Shown here in pieces: positions 50,896-61,071 of a stretch of 64,000 nt of DNA (position 1 is its first letter; every line of letters starts with the position of its first letter). The stretch is taken from the NCBI RefSeq assembly GCF_963921235.1, contig NC_086097.1:12276001-12340000 (forward strand). The letters are read 5' to 3'. A program made the translations under genes and the position numbers. Under the pieces are notes generated by a model that made no database searches, was not told the DNA's origin, and worked only from the letters and a program-made list of their open reading frames with translations. Source of the stretch: Mobula hypostoma (taxonomy: Eukaryota).

Positions 50896-53835
50896 TTAAT
50901 AATCCCTTAGACCAGGCTCCAACTCAGCAAACTTCATAGTGGCCAAAAACACTGATGAATTGCGACCAATGTAACCTCTCATTTGGTTTTGTCCCGGACC
51001 ACAACAACAAGGGTCGTCCCATTCCGACTCAATTTTCCCTCGCAAGGGCTTAGTAGGAGGGGGACGGGTATTGACCGCAGAGTTATTGCAAAACTTCCTG
51101 CAGTACCCCACCATCTCCAAAAGCCTTCTGAGGGCCCTCTTGTCTGTCGGGGTTGGGAGGTCAGCGATAGCCTGCACTGTAGCTTGCATCACTGCCAGCT
51201 GCCCCTGTGTCACCACAATTCCCAGGTAAGTGACATTCGCGTGGCCGAATTCATTTTTTCCAAGGTTCACTATCAAGCTGGCTTCAGACAGCCGTGTTAA
51301 ATTGCCAATACACACCTCTGTGTTCATCAGCCCTTTAGTCACTGAATTACTCAAAAAATATGGGTGTTGTTTACTTGGCCGCCCTATTGTAACCGACATA
51401 ACCCAACGTCCCAGTTCTTTGCATTTCCTCGGGACAATCAAACACATGGGTGCGAGTCGTTTAATTACTCCTTCGGGGATTAAGGGAGAGACCTTATCAG
51501 TAGACCTGGCCAAAACAATAGCCTTCTCCCATCTGACCGATCCCATCCTAATCTTTTCAAAGTGGTTTTTTCCTCTTATCAAGGGGCCCCTAGCTTCATT
51601 GATTTCCACGCTAACACCGACTAGGTTTGTTAGCATATCAAAAGCCGGTGACCGTCTCAGTTCGCGTCGGTCATGATCAATAACATTCTTCCCCCTGGGC
51701 AGCCGGTAAATCTCTTTCATGATTCCACCAACTGTTTCCCCCAGCACCGCAAAATGTCCACCGGGGGGTACCTCGTGGGCCATGTTAAAAACCTCATCCC
51801 CGTAACTCTTTTGCACCACCCCCCACTCCTCATCTGCGGATGCTGTACTTGATTTCCCTTTCTTCCTTAGCACTTCCTCATCCGCACAATAGCCTACTAG
51901 TTCCCTTGTCAAGGCTGTGTCAGAGAGAGCTGTCTCGGCCAAAACCATCAGCCCCTCGTCTCGCTCTTGCGTCTGCACAAATTCTTTCCTGGCTACTGCT
52001 ACGTCCGTCCCAGCTCCCTCACTACCTCTTATCTCACTACACCCTGTCTCATACAAGGTTGGCAGAAATGTTTCAGCCAAATTCACCATCGCGGGCGGGG
52101 CCTCCATGCTGGCAGGCTGACCCGTCAATCTCACGACTGGGAACACGATTCCTCTGGCGATGTCATTACCGAGCAAGACTTCCACGTCTTTCATCGGTAA
52201 TTCGGACCTCACCCCGATCGTGACTAGTCCAGAGACCAGGTTGCTCTGTAAATGTATCTGGTGCAAAGGGACTGACTCTGTCCCTTCCCCAACACCTTTG
52301 ACCTCTACCTCCCCAATCTGGGTCTCTGAGCTAAACTCTAATACACTCTTCAGTATTAGTGACTGACACGCTCCCGTGTCTCTCCAGATCCGCACTGGAA
52401 CTGGTTTTAACCTCTCCTTCACTGACACCAGTCCGGCCGAGATAAACCTCTCGCGCCCTTCCTGGACTTTTTCAGACCTGTCCTTCCCTAGCGGTTCGCT
52501 TAACAGCTCAATACAGCCATTCAAAATTTCCGCTTTTCCTTTCCCCGTCTCCTTCCTTGGGGCAAAGCACCTGGACGCAAAGTGTCCGACTTTCCCACAA
52601 TTATAACAGACGACCCCAGGAGACTTCCTACCAGACTGCTCCCGGTCTACCTTATCCTTTTCACTAGTCCCCGGCTTACTTTCTGACTTTTCCGGCGGAC
52701 TCTCCCCGCCGTCCTGACTACCCTTCTGGTAGCCTTTACTCGGGGCAACCTTCATTTTATGCGTCAACGCATACTCATCCGCTAACTTAGCAGTTGCGGC
52801 TAACGTGGCTGCCTCTTTCTCATCGAGGTAGGGTCTCATACCCTCAGGGACACAACCTTTAAACTGCTCAATCAGAACCAGTTGCAGCAGTCTGTCATAA
52901 TCCCCCTCTACCCCTTTCGAGGCGCACCAACGCTCACAATATGTTTGCATCTCGCGAGCAAACTCCAAATACGTGCGGTCCCACCGCTTCCTCGCATTCC
53001 GGAACCTCTGCCGGTATGCCTCCGGGACCAACTCATAAGTCCTGAGGATGGCCTCCTTCACCACCTCATACTTCTGGGCATCTTCCGGGGATAAAGCGGA
53101 GTAAGCTTGTTGGGCTTTCCCTTTCAGTACACTCTGAAGTAAAACAACCCACTTATCCCTCGGCCAGTCCTGACTTATAGCTACTTTTTCGAAGTGGAGA
53201 AAGTACCGATCCACATCGGTATCGTCAAATGGGGGAACCAGCCTAACCTCCTGGGTCGCCCGGAACCCTCCACCTTGGTTCGGCACGAGCCCCTGCTCGG
53301 CCCTTATCTTTAACTTCTCCAGCTCAAATTCCCTTTCCCTCTGTTTCTCCTCTCTCTCCAACTGTCTGTCCCTCTCTCTCTCTTCTCTCTCCAACTGTCT
53401 TTCTCTCTCTTGCCTTTCTACCTCTTTCTCTCTCTCCCGCCTTTCTAACTCTCTCTCTTTCTCCTGCCTTTCTAACTCTCTCTCTTTCTCCTGCCTTTCT
53501 AACTCTCTCTCTTTCTCCTGCCTTTCTAACTCTCTCTCTTTCTCCTGCCTTTCTAACTGCCGTACCCGGAACTCGTGCTCGAGTCTCAGTTTTTCAAGCT
53601 GTACCTGTACCGCGTCTCCAGCAGGTTTTTCAATAGACACCTCCCCCAGCTCACCTTGGGGAAACACACCTTTAGATACATAGTGCTCTACAATAGCTCT
53701 GTGTATCTCCTCTCTCCTCATTGTCGACTTCACCTTAGCAAGATTCACCCGTTTTGCCACAGCTATCAATTCCGATTTCCTGGCATCCTCTAATGCCTCC
53801 AAGGTCGGCGCCTTTATAAATTCCTCAACCTCCAT
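50896..53835 (-). CDS. Gag-protease polyprotein with fused degenerate integrase and RT remnants (979 aa)
   Basis: Coiled coil (LERQEKERE)n; capsid/SCAN-like region (LVPEAYRQRFR...LVLIEQF); CYNCGKVGHFASRC knuckle at 52567-52608; RDTGA protease at 52369-52380; IN remnant AHEVPPGGH; RT remnants CIGNL, VTYLG and MVGYCRKF. Confidence 0.9.
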   Translation of the reverse strand: MEVEEFIKAPTLEALEDARKSELIAVAKRVNLAKVKSTMRREEIHRAIVEHYVSKGVFPQGELGEVSIEKPAGDAVQVQLEKLRLEHEFRVRQLERQEKERELERQEKERELERQEKERELERQEKERELERREREKEVERQERERQLEREERERDRQLEREEKQREREFELEKLKIRAEQGLVPNQGGGFRATQEVRLVPPFDDTDVDRYFLHFEKVAISQDWPRDKWVVLLQSVLKGKAQQAYSALSPEDAQKYEVVKEAILRTYELVPEAYRQRFRNARKRWDRTYLEFAREMQTYCERWCASKGVEGDYDRLLQLVLIEQFKGCVPEGMRPYLDEKEAATLAATAKLADEYALTHKMKVAPSKGYQKGSQDGGESPPEKSESKPGTSEKDKVDREQSGRKSPGVVCYNCGKVGHFASRCFAPRKETGKGKAEILNGCIELLSEPLGKDRSEKVQEGRERFISAGLVSVKERLKPVPVRIWRDTGACQSLILKSVLEFSSETQIGEVEVKGVGEGTESVPLHQIHLQSNLVSGLVTIGVRSELPMKDVEVLLGNDIARGIVFPVVRLTGQPASMEAPPAMVNLAETFLPTLYETGCSEIRGSEGAGTDVAVARKEFVQTQERDEGLMVLAETALSDTALTRELVGYCADEEVLRKKGKSSTASADEEWGVVQKSYGDEVFNMAHEVPPGGHFAVLGETVGGIMKEIYRLPRGKNVIDHDRRELRRSPAFDMLTNLVGVSVEINEARGPLIRGKNHFEKIRMGSVRWEKAIVLARSTDKVSPLIPEGVIKRLAPMCLIVPRKCKELGRWVMSVTIGRPSKQHPYFLSNSVTKGLMNTEVCIGNLTRLSEASLIVNLGKNEFGHANVTYLGIVVTQGQLAVMQATVQAIADLPTPTDKRALRRLLEMVGYCRKFCNNSAVNTRPPPTKPLRGKIESEWDDPCCCGPGQNQMRGYIGRNSSVFLATMKFAELEPGLRDY
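53441..53548. repeat. 27-bp coding tandem repeat x4 (LERQEKERE) in gag
   Basis: Four exact copies of ctttctaactctctctctttctcctgc, with degenerate copies down to about 53330. Confidence 0.9.
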
Positions 53836-53911
53836 TTCTGCTGTTTGTCTTTTCTTTCTTTCGGGAATTTTAACCCAATCAATTTACTCCGTCCCAAATT
53901 TAGCGTTCAAA

Positions 53912-53929
53912 ATCCCGGACGAGCCCCCA
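53912..53929 (-). promoter_or_regulatory. Primer binding site, tRNA-Pro
   Basis: TGGGGGCTCGTCCGGGAT, the canonical 18-nt Pro PBS, 4 nt downstream of the 5' LTR. Confidence 0.93.
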
Positions 53930-53933
53930 CTTA

Positions 53934-54811
53934 TGTTACGTACCCCGTAACTGGGTTGCCAAACCAGCAGAAATGGATCACTCAGTTGGAGTCTGGAGTA
54001 CTAGAACTAAGAAAGTTTTATTAAAGAAACAAGCAACACAGTAATCGAAAGGATAATAAATGCAACCGTTCAGTGATGATAAACACACATGTGCACAGAA
54101 TTAAGATAACAGCATCAATCAAGCTCTATCGTTGTCTAGGGGTAAATGACCAATTTCAAAATGACTCAAAGTTCAGTCCAGTTTAGTAGTTCAGTTCGCA
54201 GTAATCGTTGCCATGGCGATGGACAAGGTGGGGAAGAGAGACATAGAATAGGAACAACTCATCATTCAGCACAGCTTCACTCACAGACCAGCGGGATGGC
54301 TCACAGACCAGCGAGATGGCTCACAAACAGCTTTTGGGCAGGTCCTTGGTGATGTCACCTGAGGCCACCGACTGTGACCCCTCCTCCAGATGCGGTCGAT
54401 CCTCTGCAGTGAACCCGGCACCCAGGCAAGGGCGGACACACACCGGGTTCCCGCTGATCGTACCTTTCCACCCTGGGCGTTGTCCGGTACTTCTCACCAC
54501 TCGTGAGAGGCGCACCGCTTCCAGGGTCTCGTTACCTCAGGTGGCGTGTGTGTCTGTCTTAGCGAACCTGTCCCTTTTTATCCCCCTGCTGGGGTATCGC
54601 CTGTCCATCACTTCAAACAGTTCAGGGCTCAAAGGGGGGAGCCGCTCCAGACAGCTCTTCCTCCCACATCCCTTCATTACACATCTCCAGACGCTGCTCC
54701 ATTGTTCCTTATCTCTCCTTCCCCTGAGGGCAGGTGGCAGACCAACTGCTGATGCCACTGATGCTAGCCCAGGCCAGCAAACATCTTAATTTTATGTGTA
54801 TTCTCGTAACA
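53934..54811 (-). repeat. 5' LTR
   Basis: See 3' LTR; minus strand has a GATAAAAAG TATA-like box and a downstream AATAAA. Confidence 0.97.
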
Positions 54812-54866
54812 CATGAAATTTAGGTTTTTTTGCAGCAGCTGTACAGTGCAATATATAAAATTACGA

Positions 54867-54919
54867 CAGTACTATGTAAAAGTCCTAGGCATCCTAGCTG
54901 AGACTTCTGCACAGTACTG
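54867..54919. mobile_element. Second tiny Tc1-like hairpin MITE (partly deleted)
   Basis: cagtactatgtaaaagtcctaggca...agacttctgcacagtactg followed by TA. Confidence 0.65.
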
Positions 54920-55350
54920 TATTTTTTTGACATTTTAACTTATAGCTTTTTAATTTTTTAACTTTATTTTGAACAGATCTTGAGAGATTTTGAATGTCAA
55001 ATGCACTCACAAAGTCATAAAGCACTACAACACAGAAGCAGACCGTTTGATCTATGCCCATCTTGTTTCTCCCAGTCCCTTCTACCCACACCTAGAATAT
55101 TGCCCTCCAACCCCCTCTCATCAATGTACCCACTGAAACTTCTCTTAAATGTTGTAATTAAACCAGAATCTGCCAGCTTCTCATGAATGTTCATTTTAAT
55201 AACAGCTTTGCCGTAAGTGGTGTGCATGGGGGTGAAGCCTCGCTGGCAGTCAAAATCATCCTGGCGGTGCAGTCGGACACTTACATTGAGCGGGTGCTCG
55301 ATATGCCCAGTGCCACGCCTAGGCACAGGGTATCAGCCTCCAAGTGAAGA

Positions 55351-55560
55351 TACAAGACACTCTGAAGACGCTGGAAATCCAGAGTAACATATACAAAAGG
55401 CTGGAGCAAGTCAGCAAGTCAGGCAGCATCTATGGAAAGCAGTCAACGTTTCGAGCTGAGACACAGGATAAAGGATCTTGGCATGCAAAAACGGCTGTTA
55501 ATCCATTTCCATAGACGCTGCCTGATCTGCTGAGTTCCTTCAGTATTTTGTGTATGCTAA
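55351..55560. mobile_element. Fold-back Penelope-derived mini-element
   Basis: Two inverted pLTR ends; 12-bp TSD tccaagtgaaga at 55339-55350 and 55561-55572. Confidence 0.7.
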
Positions 55561-55761
55561 TCCAAGTGAAGACTGTGTCTCAAGCCATGTTGTAAGAAAC
55601 AACATGTCAACGATCCAGTATGCAGAAGATTTAGAACATGGTAGCACAAAAAAGAAACGGATAAACAAACGCCAAGGATAAAGGTTTTTAGGAACACAGC
55701 TGACAGATTATCCTTTAGGCTCTGTCACAAAGGGGTAAATATGTACAACTTATCACTATAT

Positions 55762-56363
55762 ATTAGATTATGAGAACACTCAGTCTTTTATTGTCATTTA
55801 GAAATGCATACATGCATTAAGAAATGATACAATGTTTCTCCAGAGTGATATCACAGAAAACAGGACAAACCAAAGACTAGCACTGACCGAACCACATAAT
55901 TATAACATATAGTTACAGCAGTGCAAAGCAATACCATAATTTGATGAAGAACAAACCATGGGCACGGTAAAAAAAGTCTCAAATTCCCAATCGATCGACT
56001 CCCGAGTCCCCGATAGCAGCGGCAAAAGGGAGAAACTCCCTGCCATAAACCTCCAGACACCGTCAACTTGCCGATGCCTTGGAAGCAGCCGACACTGAGT
56101 CCGTCTGTCCGAAAACTTAGAGCCTCCAACCAGCCCTTCTGATACAGCCTCCCGAGCACCATCCTCTGCCAAGCGCCTTCAACGTCGCCCCGGTCGCTGA
56201 AACAAGCAAAGCAGAGGATTTGGGGCCTTCTGCTCCGGAGATTCTAGTTACCACACAGTAGCAGTGGCAGCGAAGCGGGCATTTCAGAAGTTTTCCAGAT
56301 GTTCCTCCGTACTCTCACATCCATCTCCATCAAATCAGAATTGTGCACGGTCCCCCACTTGAC
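55762..56363 (-). mobile_element. Unclassified retroposon-like repeat
   Basis: CpG-rich body; minus strand ends with atgacaataaaa and a (taatc)n-like tail. Confidence 0.35.
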
Positions 56364-56879
56364 ATATGCAATCCTGAGGGCATGAACCCCAGATTCAAAG
56401 ACAGCAACTATCCTACTGTTATTTAAACCCTTGAAGGGACCTCTTGTATGTTAAAACATAAAACATAGGAGCAGAATCAGGCCACTCGGCCCATCATGTC
56501 TGTTCTGCCATTTCACCATGGCTGATTTATTATCCCTCTCAACCCCATTCTCCTGCCTTCTCTCCGTACCCTTTGACACCCTTATGAATAAGGCTGTAAG
56601 TCATAGCAGCAGAATTAAGCCATTTGGTCAATCTAGAGTCTGAGAGTAGCAGACTGTTGGGACAGTGACCCACTTCCAGTCCCCTACAGACACTTCTAAC
56701 CTTCTCCAACATCAATATAACCTTTTCCTCTCCACAGTCCACAGTCCTCCATTTTGCTTTCATCCACGTGTTTACCTGAGTCTCTTAAAAGTCCCTAAAG
56801 TCTCTTCAACCAAACTGTGGCCCCAAGGTCGGTCGGGACACCACCCTTACTGTAGAAACCTTGGGGCAGATCCATGATG

Positions 56880-57270
56880 GAGAGAGCAGCTTTAAATTCT
56901 GGGGTGGTAACGTCTCAGATATCTTGTCCTGGGCTCAGCACATGGATCCAATCACAAGGCTGGCTGGCTTTCTGATGTTAAGGATGCTCAGCATGTCACT
57001 AAACACACTCACAAGCTTCTACAGATGCATCGTTGAAAGTGTTCTGATCTGCTACATCCCGGTCTGGTACAGCAAATTGAATGCACGGGGCAGTAAGCCG
57101 CAGAAAGCCCAACATATCAGGGCACATCCCTCCCCCACCATTGGTCGTATCTTCAGGAGGCAACGTCCATCATCAACAATCCCCACCATCTCCTCACTAC
57201 TACCATGAGGCAGGAGGTACAGAAGTCTCATGTCTCACCACCACCACCACATTCAGGAACTTCCCTTCAA
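56880..57270 (+). mobile_element. Rex/Babar-like LINE fragment
   Basis: LTSFYRCIVESVL...VWY motif. Confidence 0.7.
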
Positions 57271-58189
57271 CCAAAGGGCATAACCTTAATCAGTTTAGCA
57301 CCACTATGATCACCCCGATAGTCTGCACTAACAGGGACCTTCTCCCACACATGAATTCATCAACTCTTGATATCACAAGCTCCTTCATAATAACCCTTGC
57401 ACTTTATTTTGGAGCCTGTGTACTCCACCGGGTGCAGCATCCGGGCAGGAGTCGGTGCCGCCCACCCCAGTGTTTGCTTAGAAAAGACAAGCCACATTGT
57501 GGTCGACTGCAGATTTCTGCGGCATTCATGGACTCAGTGTCTGGACTATTTTTTTGTTTGCTGTATTTGATATCTTGTTTGTGCTACGTGTGACTGTTGG
57601 TGCTGTGTTTGGCATCTTGGGCCCAGAGTAACGCTTCCTTGTTTGGCTGTATTCATGAGTATTCATGTATGGTTGAATGACCATTGAATTGAATTAAATT
57701 TGTAAACATCTCCTGTACTTTCTCCTTAAATGTAGCACACAATTCTGCATTACATTTCCTTTCTTCTACCTCACTGGAATTATGTACGGCATGATCTGCC
57801 CGAATGGCGCACAAAGCAAAAAGTTTATCACTGTATCTCAGTGTAAGTAACAAAAATAAACCAATAACAATCTGTCAGTGGTCAAAAATATCCAGGTTTG
57901 ATAAATAATACTGTATTACAAAAAGACAGGTGGCAATTGATAATAATTAGTTAGGTTTAATGTCCTGATAGCTTCACTCAATTTCATTTGCTCCATCATT
58001 CTCGCTTCATCCTTCACTTGTTCCCACAACCAATGAACTCACTCTCAAGGACTCTTCATTTCATATTCTCAATATTTATTTATTATTATTATTTCTCTCT
58101 TTTCGTATTTACAGTTTGTTGTCTTCTGCGCTCTGGTTGACTGCCCTAGTCGGGTGGTTTTTCATTTATTCTGTTATGGTTATTATTTA

Positions 58190-58470
58190 CTTTTTATTTA
58201 TTTATTGAAATGCAGTGTGGTTCAGGCCCTTCTGGCCGTTTGACCCAAGCCCCCCAGCATTCTCCTAGCCTAATCACAAGACAATTTACAATGACCAATT
58301 AACCTACCAACCGGTATGACTTTGGACTGTGGGAGGAAAGCAGAGCTCCCGGAGGAAACCCACACGGTTATGGGGAGAAGTGCACACTTCTTACAGGCAG
58401 TGACAGGACCTGAGCCCGGGTCACCTGCACTGTAAAACATTGTGCTAACCACTCTGCTACTGTGCCACTC
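58190..58470 (-). mobile_element. V-domain SINE nested in a Rex-like 3'UTR
   Basis: tgtgggaggaaagcagagctcccggaggaaacccacacgg. Confidence 0.7.
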
Positions 58471-59669
58471 CATTCTATTGATTTATTGCGTATGCCCACA
58501 AGAAAATGAATCTCTTGTTTATGTCAGGTGACATATTACAACATGCATTTTGATAATAAAATTTACTTTGACTTTGGAAAGAGTGCAGAGGAGATTTATG
58601 GGGCTGTTATCAGGTCTTAATGGACTGAGTTATAGAGCTGAGTAGGTCGAGACTTACTTCATTGGAGCTTGGGAGAATGAGAAGATTTTATAGAGGTGTA
58701 TAGGCTTAAGTAAGGTAAACAGAGAGAAATTTAATAGGAATTTGATGGGCAATTTTTTTCTCCCCAAGACAACATACCATTTCCATTCTCCTTCCTCCCT
58801 CATCTGTATATCATCCCACTCACTTGTTTCCACCTATCACCTACCAGGCTTTTCTTCACCCTTCTCTCTACCTTGTTATACCAGCTATCTCCTATCTATC
58901 TTTCAGCCTAAAAGAAAGGTTTCAACCTGAAATTCGACTGTTCATTTCCCCCCATAGATGCTACCTGACCTGCTGAGATCTCCAACACTTTGTGTGAAGC
59001 CACTCAAGTATTTCAGTGGGCTCAGCAGCATCTGTAGAGGCAAGAGGATATTTAATGCTTTAGTTTAAGATCTTTTCCTCCCTGTCGCACACAATTCATC
59101 CAGTAACCTTTTTTTTTAGCTCCAGATCCCAGGATCATCAGTCTCTTATGTCTCTGTAGAAGTGATGTAATTGTGTTGGAAAGAATGCAGATGAGATTCA
59201 CCAGGATTAGAGCATTTCTGTAATAAGTAATGATGGATGGGCTAGTTGTTTTCTATTGGGTGGGTGAGGCTCTGAGGTAACATGCGAGAAGTGTGTCAAA
59301 TACTGCGGGGAATAGATAGCGTGCATAGTAAAAATCATTTTTTCCCTTAATAGGAAAGATGGCAACAGTGTAAGATAAGAGGTGGAGGGGATATGAGGAG
59401 GAATTTTTTCACGCAAAGGGTAATTGAGTGATTGGAATCTGAAACACACTGCTTGAGCAGGAGCTGGTGGAGGCAAGCACCCTCACAACATTTAAGAAGC
59501 AAAGGAAGTGCTTAAATCATCAAAGCTTAGAATGCTGTGGACCAAATGTAGGTAAATGGGATGAGTAGAGTGTAGAGTTGTAAAGACATTGAGCACAGGG
59601 GCTCATTTCAGTGCTGTGTAACTCCATGACTATGATTCTATGACAAAGTTTCAGTAGTTCAAAGATGAA

Positions 59670-60030
59670 TATTGAGGGGCCTAGACAAAGTGGAGGTGGA
59701 GAAAATGTTTCCAATAGTGGGAGAGTCTAGGACCAGAGGGCACAGCCTCAGAATACAAGGTTGTCCCTTTAAAACAGAGATGAAGAGGAATTTCTTAAGT
59801 CAGAGGACAGTGAATCTGTGGAATTCATTATCACGGACAGCTGTGGAGCTGAAGTCATTGGATATATTTAAAGTGAAGGTTGATAGGCTCTTGATTAGAA
59901 AGGGAATCAAAGGTAATGGGAAGAAAGCAGGAAAATGAGGTTGACCGGGATAATGAATCAGCCATGGTCGAATAGTTGAGCAGACTCAATGGGCTGAATG
60001 GCCTAATTCTTCTCCTATGTCTCATGCCTA
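59670..60030 (+). mobile_element. CR1 LINE 3' fragment
   Basis: GESRTRGHSLRI...NFLSQRTVNLWNSL. Confidence 0.85.
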
Positions 60031-61071
60031 ATGTCTAATAACTCTCTCCCTGGTACAGGAATGGATGGTCAATAAACGTTACATCTGTTCAGACAACTCT
60101 GCAAAAACAAAGTATTGAAAATAGTTACTCCATCTGCCACCTACTTGTTGCTCAGGGGTTAATATCACAGTTCAAATGAAAGATCATAATGATGGAGAGG
60201 AATGAGTAAAGGGTGACGACATTAAATGTAATTCTATACCCTGGCATTTTCTTTTGTTAAGGAGAGAAGAATGATAGAAATCCTTGATTCAATGAAGAGG
60301 TCTTTAATAAGTTGGAAGCAGATTTGCTTTGCAGCTCTATATACAATGCCAAAACCAAGGACACAGGTTTCAGATAAAGGAAATTAAATTAAATAGGCAT
60401 TTTAGAAAAAAAATCTACCAACAAAAACCTCATCAACAGATAGAACAAACCACTAATGCAGCTGGTTGAATATGAAAATTCAATAAGTTTCACACAAAGG
60501 CAACAGGTAAATTGTGATCAGACAATTATTGATGGGAAACCTTTTGCTCCCCTCTGTCTTCTGTTAAGATGCACCTGAAATCATCCCATTTAAACCCTAT
60601 GTTTAGTTGTCCATCCTCATGTTGTCCTTTTTTTGCTAATTGTCTGTTTTTAACTCCTTTGAATAGTCTTGAAACATTTTACATCAAAGGGGCCACGTAA
60701 AGGTGCCAAGTTGTCATTGTTAAAAGACAATGGGCTGATTTAAATATCTGAGTTAAATTGGGTAATGGTCTCTGCTGCGTATTTAATATTTCAGTAATAT
60801 TTGAAAAGTATTGTAAATATATTGTTTGATTAAATGCTGGTCCAGGTAAACTGGGAAGCTGGAGTGTTGGGACAGGAGCGAGGGTGAGACTGATTTTGCT
60901 CCCTCTCCCATGATACTCATTCCTCTCTCTGTGGCACTGAGGCTGTGAACTGCTCGTCTCTGTGAGTTTCATGGCATTTTTGCCCCATTAGTATGATGAA
61001 CTGAGATTGAAGCTCGAGCCTACTCTGGCTGCTCCAGGGAGCGGATCTAAGGACTCAGTCTGGTTTGGAAT

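Larger units (their letters stand above)
49846..54811 (-). mobile_element. Young Gmr1-like (Gypsy) LTR retrotransposon, internally deleted and non-autonomous
   Basis: Two 878-bp LTRs (TGTTACG...CGTAACA), CATG TSD at 49842-49845 and 54812-54815, PBS, PPT, and gag-PR-IN-RT order. Confidence 0.95.

Noticed and set aside
50896..53835. Host SCAN-zinc-finger or domesticated gag gene
   Set aside because: Flanked by near-identical LTRs, PBS, PPT and TSD, so it is a recent transposon insertion; no C2H2 array
53905..53929. tRNA-Pro gene or gammaretroviral ERV
   Set aside because: Only the tRNA 3' end including CCA is present, which makes it a PBS; the protein is Gypsy/Gmr1-like with no env
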